Assembly: GCF_900232105.1 (NCBI RefSeq)
Contig: NZ_LT934425.1
Coordinates: forward strand, 2,640,001 to 2,672,000
Direction: 5' to 3'
DNA from: Candidatus Kuenenia stuttgartensis
GTDB lineage: Bacteria > Planctomycetota > Brocadiia > Brocadiales > Brocadiaceae
Length of the DNA: 32,000 nucleotides
Positions 27,295 to 32,000 of the stretch are shown piece after piece. Below the pieces are notes generated by a model. That model saw only the letters and a program-made list of their open reading frames with translations. It was not told the origin of the DNA and did no database searches. The position numbers and the translations under genes are program-made. Positions within the stretch are counted from its first letter, which is position 1. The number at the start of each line of letters is the position of its first letter.

Positions 27295-27960
27295 TTAAAT
27301 TTCAGCAAGAGCCTGATGGAAGATATCCTGGGTAATTTTCTGTGATTGTCTGATGGAAGCGTTAATCAGGCAGGCGGTGGAAATGGCGTTGATTTGCCTG
27401 GGGATGCCGGCAGAGAACTCATGGATCAGGTCTTTGACATCTGAGTCAAAGATTTTATCAGATGCGCCGGAAGATTTCAGATGGAAGTCTATGTATGCAG
27501 CGGTTTGAGTTTTAGTAAGGGGATGGATGTGGTAATGTACCGGGATGCGTTGTGCGAAGTCGGCATGGATGTCTCTTTTGAGGATATATTTGAGGTGTTC
27601 CTGCCCCGAGAGGATGATTTTGAGATGAGTGGAAGAATCAAGCGGAGAGCTGACAAGGAGTCTGAGGTCTGTGATGGCGTCGGTTTTCAGGAGATGAGCC
27701 TCGTCGATAACGATAATGGGAGTGAGATTTGAGAGCAAGGATTTATCCATAATTTGGAGGAAGAGCCGGTCTTTGGTGTGTTTTGGTATTTCACCGGGCT
27801 GTGAGACGATTAAGGAGAGAAGGCTGGATGATTTTAGGTGGGTAAAATGGAGGTAGATGGGGAGAAACAGGTTTTGGGGGATTTGTGAGAGGAAGAGTTT
27901 GAGGAGTGTGGATTTTCCGACTCCCGTCTGTCCGTAGAGGACCGCGATAACACTGAATAG
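27295..27960 (-). pseudogene. N-terminally truncated ExeA/TniB-like AAA+ ATPase associated with transposition
   Basis: The frame extends upstream of the tracked ORF: VIAVLYGQTGVGKSTLLKLFLSQIPQNLF (Walker A) ... PIIVIDEAHLLKTDAITDLRLLVSSPLDSSTHLKIILSGQEHLK (Walker B and sensor) ... SAGIPRQINAISTACLINA. There is no start region before Walker A. Confidence 0.75.
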
Positions 27961-27963
27961 TTA
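27950..27963. repeat. MITE-end-like motif abutting the truncated ATPase
   Basis: ACACTGAATAGTTA is identical to 14 nt of the right end of the 9034-9160 MITE. Confidence 0.5.
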
Positions 27964-28018
27964 TAATCATCTTTTTGAGTAAATACAAACTGTATTACAA
28001 GAGGAGAAGAGCCGATCG

Positions 28019-28344
28019 CAGATAGAGATATATTTTAAAGTATTAAAGAGCGGTTGCAAGATAGAAGAGCGCCAATTGGAGACAGCGGAGCGTATCAAGC
28101 CGTGTATTGCTCTTTATATGATAGTGGCATGGGGGGTATGTTTGTTACCATGTTTGTAAGGGAATGCCCGGATTTGCCTTGTACAGCACTTTTAGAGGAT
28201 GATGAATGGAAACCCGTGTATATGATTGCCAAAAACGAAGCTCCACCCGAAACCCCGCTATCGCTCGGAGGCTTTACCGTAATGGTACCAAGTCTGGAAG
28301 GATACTTAAATCGCAAATGCGATGGCCCACCAGTAAATTTTTAA
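28019..28344 (+). pseudogene. IS4-family (IS50-like) transposase C-terminal relic, frameshifted
   Basis: QIEIYFKVLKSGCKIEERQLETAERIKPCIALYMIVAW in one frame, continuing in another as FVRECPDLPCTALLEDDEWKPVYMIAKNEAPPETPLSLGGFTVMVPSLEGYLNRKCDGPP. Confidence 0.85.
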
Positions 28345-28660
28345 AATCAGGTTTATTTGACTATAAGCCACAGATTAGGATAAGATTAAAAAGTTTTTTT
28401 ATGTTTGCTAATCTGCAAAATCTGCGGAGAAAAAGTATTTTCAGGTGAAAGCTTCTGTATAATATTTTATATTTTTTGGCAGTAACCGTCATCCTGAACG
28501 GCGAGACCAGAATATCTCTTTCTTACGAATTGAAAAGGTTGGTTATGAATTTTTCGTGGCTACATGTATCGGTGCGTTGGATTATTTTTGTAAAGACCGA
28601 AGCGGGAGCAGTCCTCATTGCTGCAGTGCCTGTCTGCCTTTTTACGCATTCGGGGAAATC

Positions 28661-30571
28661 ATGAAGAACAACCTGAGCGCAAAAAGAGTCTTATGGAGGT
28701 ACTTTACTCTTAGTTACATCGCAGTACTTTTCAACACCCTGTTTTATCTGAAACAGATCCATTATAATGACACGGTCACGATCCTCTTTGGCCTTTCGAT
28801 GTATCTCTTTTACAGTTTTTTGTACCTTTTCTTAGTATTCATTCCCGTCTTAATCCTTGAGATACTTGTACGAAAGGTGTTGAAAAGGCATGATCGATCA
28901 CTTGTCAGAAAGCAGTGCCTTGCGGTTATTTTTGGAATTACCATCGTGTTGTTTACCTTGGTGCAAATCCTGATTTTTACCGACAAGCAACTCTTTCAAC
29001 TCTACCACTTTCATATCAACGGCTTTGTCTGGAACCTTATCACCACACCGGGCGGTATAGAGTCGCTTGGCAGCAGCGATTCAACCCTTATCAGTGTTGT
29101 AATGATCTTTGCCGGATTTTTTGCCCTGCAGGTGGCGCTTTTTGTCATGGCCAGGTCTGGGGTTTTGCAAAGGGTTTCTTTCGTCTCGTTAAAATTTCGC
29201 TATCAAATATTATTTCCCATTTTTCTGATTTTTCTTTTCGGCTTTCAGTCCTTCACATACGGTATTTGTCATCTGCAGGCCAAAAGTGCCGTTTTGAGTG
29301 CGTCAAATGCCTTTCCACTCTATATCCCGGTCACCTTCAGGAGTTGGGCCAAAAAATTTGGCATTTCACCGAAAAGAACAGTTCAACTGAAGTTCAATGA
29401 AAATGAAAATGATCTCCAGCTCCATTATCCTTTACAATCAATGCAATACACCTGGGATGCTCCGGACTATAACATCGTGTGGCTTGTTGCTGAATCATGG
29501 CGGGCAGACATGCTTGACCATGAGATCATGCCGCAAACTATGGCCTTTGCGAAAAAATCAACGTGGTTTCTCAACCACTATAGCGGAGGCAACGGCACAC
29601 GAATGGGTCTTTTCTCAATGTTCTACGGACTCTACGGCAATTACTGGTTTGAATTTTTGCATCATCGAAAAGGCCCTGTATTAATTGACAGGCTTATTGA
29701 CCTCGACTATCAGATGGAGTTGTTTACCAGCGCAAAATTTTCTTATCCGGAGTTTGACAAGACCCTCTTTGTCGATATCCCCTCGAAAAACCTGCATGAA
29801 TATACCAAGGGGCTGAGCGGTTGGGAAAATGATCGCAGGCATGTAACGGCAATGATCGATTTTTTAGAGCACAGGGAAAAAGGCAGGCCTTTTTTTACAT
29901 TCATGTTCTTCGAATCGCCTCACGCACAGTACTATTTTCCGGAAGAGTCGATCATCAAAACCCCCTTTCTTAAAGACATGAACTATGCAAGGATGGATCT
30001 TGAAAATGATATAACGCTTATAAAAAACCGTTATATCAACTCATGCCATCATCTTGATTCACAACTCGGCAGGATAATACATTATTTGGAATCAAATCAA
30101 CTGCTTGAAAAAACCATTGTTATCATTACGGGCGACCATGGTGAGGAATTTATGGAAAAAGGACATTGGGGACACAACTCCGCCTATACGGAAGAACAGA
30201 TCCGGGTACCTTTAGTACTCTGGCTGCCAAAGGGACAGCCTCAGCTCGTTACAAAAATGACCAGTCACCTGGATATCCCCGCAACCATAATGCCTCTCTT
30301 CGGTACGACAAATCCTGCGAGCGACTATTCGCTGGGACACAATCTCCTTGAACCTACCGGGCGAACATACACTGTTGTTTGCGATTGGGATAGTCTTTGC
30401 TATGTTAACCATGACTACAAGGCTGTTTTCCCGCTGCAATCGTATAATTTTCACAAACAAACCACTACCACCAGAACAGATCAGGAAATAGCAGACAAAA
30501 AAAGATTCTTTACGTCATCTAAAAACGATCTTGCACTTTTGATGACGGAAATCAATAAATTCAATCAATAA
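28661..30571 (+). CDS. Membrane-anchored sulfatase-fold protein (LTA synthase / YejM-like)
   Basis: N-terminal TM helices, then NIVWLVAESWRADMLD, YSGGNGTRMGLFSMFYGLYGNYWF, ITGDHGEEFMEKGHWGHNSAYTEEQIRVPLVLW. The tracked ORF opens at 28556, but ATG 28661 (MKNNLSAKRVLWRYF) is the likelier start. Confidence 0.85.
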   Translation: MKNNLSAKRVLWRYFTLSYIAVLFNTLFYLKQIHYNDTVTILFGLSMYLFYSFLYLFLVFIPVLILEILVRKVLKRHDRSLVRKQCLAVIFGITIVLFTLVQILIFTDKQLFQLYHFHINGFVWNLITTPGGIESLGSSDSTLISVVMIFAGFFALQVALFVMARSGVLQRVSFVSLKFRYQILFPIFLIFLFGFQSFTYGICHLQAKSAVLSASNAFPLYIPVTFRSWAKKFGISPKRTVQLKFNENENDLQLHYPLQSMQYTWDAPDYNIVWLVAESWRADMLDHEIMPQTMAFAKKSTWFLNHYSGGNGTRMGLFSMFYGLYGNYWFEFLHHRKGPVLIDRLIDLDYQMELFTSAKFSYPEFDKTLFVDIPSKNLHEYTKGLSGWENDRRHVTAMIDFLEHREKGRPFFTFMFFESPHAQYYFPEESIIKTPFLKDMNYARMDLENDITLIKNRYINSCHHLDSQLGRIIHYLESNQLLEKTIVIITGDHGEEFMEKGHWGHNSAYTEEQIRVPLVLWLPKGQPQLVTKMTSHLDIPATIMPLFGTTNPASDYSLGHNLLEPTGRTYTVVCDWDSLCYVNHDYKAVFPLQSYNFHKQTTTTRTDQEIADKKRFFTSSKNDLALLMTEINKFNQ

Positions 30572-30620
30572 ATTAGGCCTCCGGCAATTTTTTCATGTAG
30601 AGCGAAGTGTCATTTCACTC

Positions 30621-31110
30621 GTGACGAAGCAATCGTTTCGTCCTACAACATTGAAATTCCTAAACGTTAAATTAATGAGAATAGCTCCGCTATTTCAAAA
30701 GCGGTTCTCTCCATGGGTAAGTATTTTATTCCTTTTTCTTATGCTACTATTCCTTGGTTTTGAAGTATACGCCATGCTTTGGTATCACTTCAAAGGACAC
30801 GAGGAGCTATCCCAGCTATCCGGAAATTTTTTGCACGTCAGAGAAGAATTGATAAGGGAAAAACCGAAGGAAGAATTCCGGTTTCCGTTATCGGCGATAC
30901 GAAAAGTGCGGGCACCTTTGAGAAGATTGCCAGGGAACTGCGCGAAGAGCCCTTATCGTTCGTTGTCTTTCCCGGAGATTTTGTGCGTAGAGGCACAGAA
31001 GGAGAACATCGTTATTTCAAGGCGGAGTTTGCAGCCGAATTTGCATTTCCCTTTTCAGCATCTTTTCTTAATAGAATACTTTTCGCAAGCGTTGTCTGGT
31101 TAGGTATTGG
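30621..31110 (+). pseudogene. Frameshifted and truncated calcineurin-like metallophosphoesterase with N-terminal TM
   Basis: FLFLMLLFLGFEVYAMLWYHFKGHEELSQLS...EEFRF in frame 1, then SVIGDTKSAGTFEKIARELREEPLSFVVFPGDFVRRGTEGEHRYFKAEF in the next frame. Shift at about 30880-30888. No downstream GNHD motif. Confidence 0.65.
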
Positions 31111-31255
31111 GGTCGCCTCCCGACTATTGACGATGTTTGCACGCAATGCATAGTCAAATGAATCTGTTTTCCGAAAAACACCACAGACAAGAAATGTTGT
31201 ATCTGACAGTAGATTATGGTGGAATGACATTAACAGAAACAGAGCAAAGGTAGTG

Positions 31256-31327
31256 CAGGGGCGAAGCATTTGCTGTAAATTGTCATAAATGCATTTATAC
31301 CCAAACGTGTAAATGCTTCGTCCCTGC
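31256..31327. repeat. Second copy of the inner hairpin of the 17599-17736 element
   Basis: CAGGGGCGAAGCATTTGCTGTAAATTGTCATAAATGC...CCCAAACG.G.AAATGCTTCGTCCCTG, nearly identical to 17640-17710. Confidence 0.8.
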
Positions 31328-31348
31328 TTTTGCACGAGTGATTATGAA

Positions 31349-31897
31349 ATGAAAAGATCAAAATTATTATTCTTTATTTTTATTACTGAGGGTTTTGCAT
31401 TACTGTTGGCACTGGTTCTTGCAAAATATCTAAGAATTCAATTGTTGCCTCTGACTGAAAATATTTTACGTGATACTTTCACTGGCACTATTGGGGCTGC
31501 TATTCCTTTCTCTATCTTTGTGCTTCTTCTTTCGGAAAAATCGGGGAAGATGCCTTTCGCAAATTCACTGAGGCAAACGATACTGCATGACCTAAAACCT
31601 CTGTTTTCTCATTTAACGCTCCCTGATATGTGTATAATTTCTCTTTTAGCGGGATTTTCCGAAGAATTACTGTTTCGGGGAGTACTGCAAAATAAACTTG
31701 GCATTTTTGCAGCAAGCGTGATTTTTGGGCTACTCCACTTTATCTCACCGGCATATTTTGTTATTGCATTTTTAATGAGTATATATATCGGATTTTTATG
31801 TTACTATTTACAAAGCCTGCTTATCCCCATACAAATACACTTTGTTTACGATTTGTGCGCATTGATCTATCTGAAACATTTCAGGAGGTTTAAATAA
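31349..31897 (+). CDS. CPBP-family intramembrane metalloprotease
   Basis: FSEELLFRGVLQNKLG...VIFGLLHF...IPIQIHFVYD. The tracked ORF at 31313 starts inside the repeat, so ATG 31349 (MKRSKLLFF) is preferred. Confidence 0.85.
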   Translation: MKRSKLLFFIFITEGFALLLALVLAKYLRIQLLPLTENILRDTFTGTIGAAIPFSIFVLLLSEKSGKMPFANSLRQTILHDLKPLFSHLTLPDMCIISLLAGFSEELLFRGVLQNKLGIFAASVIFGLLHFISPAYFVIAFLMSIYIGFLCYYLQSLLIPIQIHFVYDLCALIYLKHFRRFK

Positions 31898-31977
31898 AGG
31901 CAACACTATTTAGTTTTTAGAAAAAAATCTGCCGATAAGTGATAGGATTTGTAGTGCGACGAACCTGGTCGTACTAC

Positions 31978-32000
31978 ATTGTTGGAATTTTTCAAAAAAC
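31978..32000. repeat. Inverted end fragment of the 17599-17736 repeat family, cut by the window edge
   Basis: ATTGTTGGAATTTTTCAAAAAAC is the reverse complement of GTTTTTTGAAAAATTCCAACAAT (compare 17611-17632). Confidence 0.6.

Noticed and set aside
30590-30660. Palindromic GTAGAGCGAAGTG...CGTTTCGTCCTACAACATTGAAATTCC region, possibly another repeat copy
   Set aside because: It resembles the 31945-32000 repeat end only loosely. Arms are imperfect and boundaries unclear.

Overview
The window is dominated by a near-complete complex I locus on the + strand, nuoA-N (about 9.3-26.9 kb). The gene order and subunit architecture look like those of an anammox-type planctomycete or similar anaerobe, but this taxonomic guess is inference and untested. 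NuoF has an N-terminal thioredoxin-like [2Fe-2S] domain and a C-terminal 2x[4Fe-4S] domain. NuoG is formate-dehydrogenase-like. The operon is broken at four gaps: nuoE/nuoF (a ~213-bp near-symmetric inverted-repeat element), nuoG/nuoH (an insertion-like hairpin element, a HicB/HicA-like pair, and a protein with two desulforedoxin-like domains whose ORF overlaps nuoH), nuoL/nuoM (a decayed RelE/ParE-type toxin-antitoxin pair plus a MITE-end fragment), and nuoM/nuoN (short). Upstream on the - strand is a tandem duplication of an operon encoding a Kef/CPA2-type cation:proton antiporter and a universal stress protein. The antiporters carry long N-terminal Pro/Glu/Thr-rich extensions built from ~93-aa repeats (about 4 copies versus about 2). 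The second usp copy is frameshifted. Comparing the duplicated upstream regions gives an empty versus filled site for a 127-bp MITE with 12-bp perfect TIRs and an 8-bp target duplication. Other relics are a DpnI-like N-terminal/zinc-ribbon fragment, an ExeA/TniB-like transposition ATPase fragment, an IS4-family (IS50-like) transposase C-terminus and a frameshifted metallophosphoesterase. An LTA-synthase/YejM-like sulfatase-fold membrane protein and a CPBP protease are also present. I see no convincing new defence system. The strongest candidates for new biology are the tandem-desulforedoxin protein embedded in the complex I locus and the duplicated repeat-extended antiporter/Usp operon next to it.
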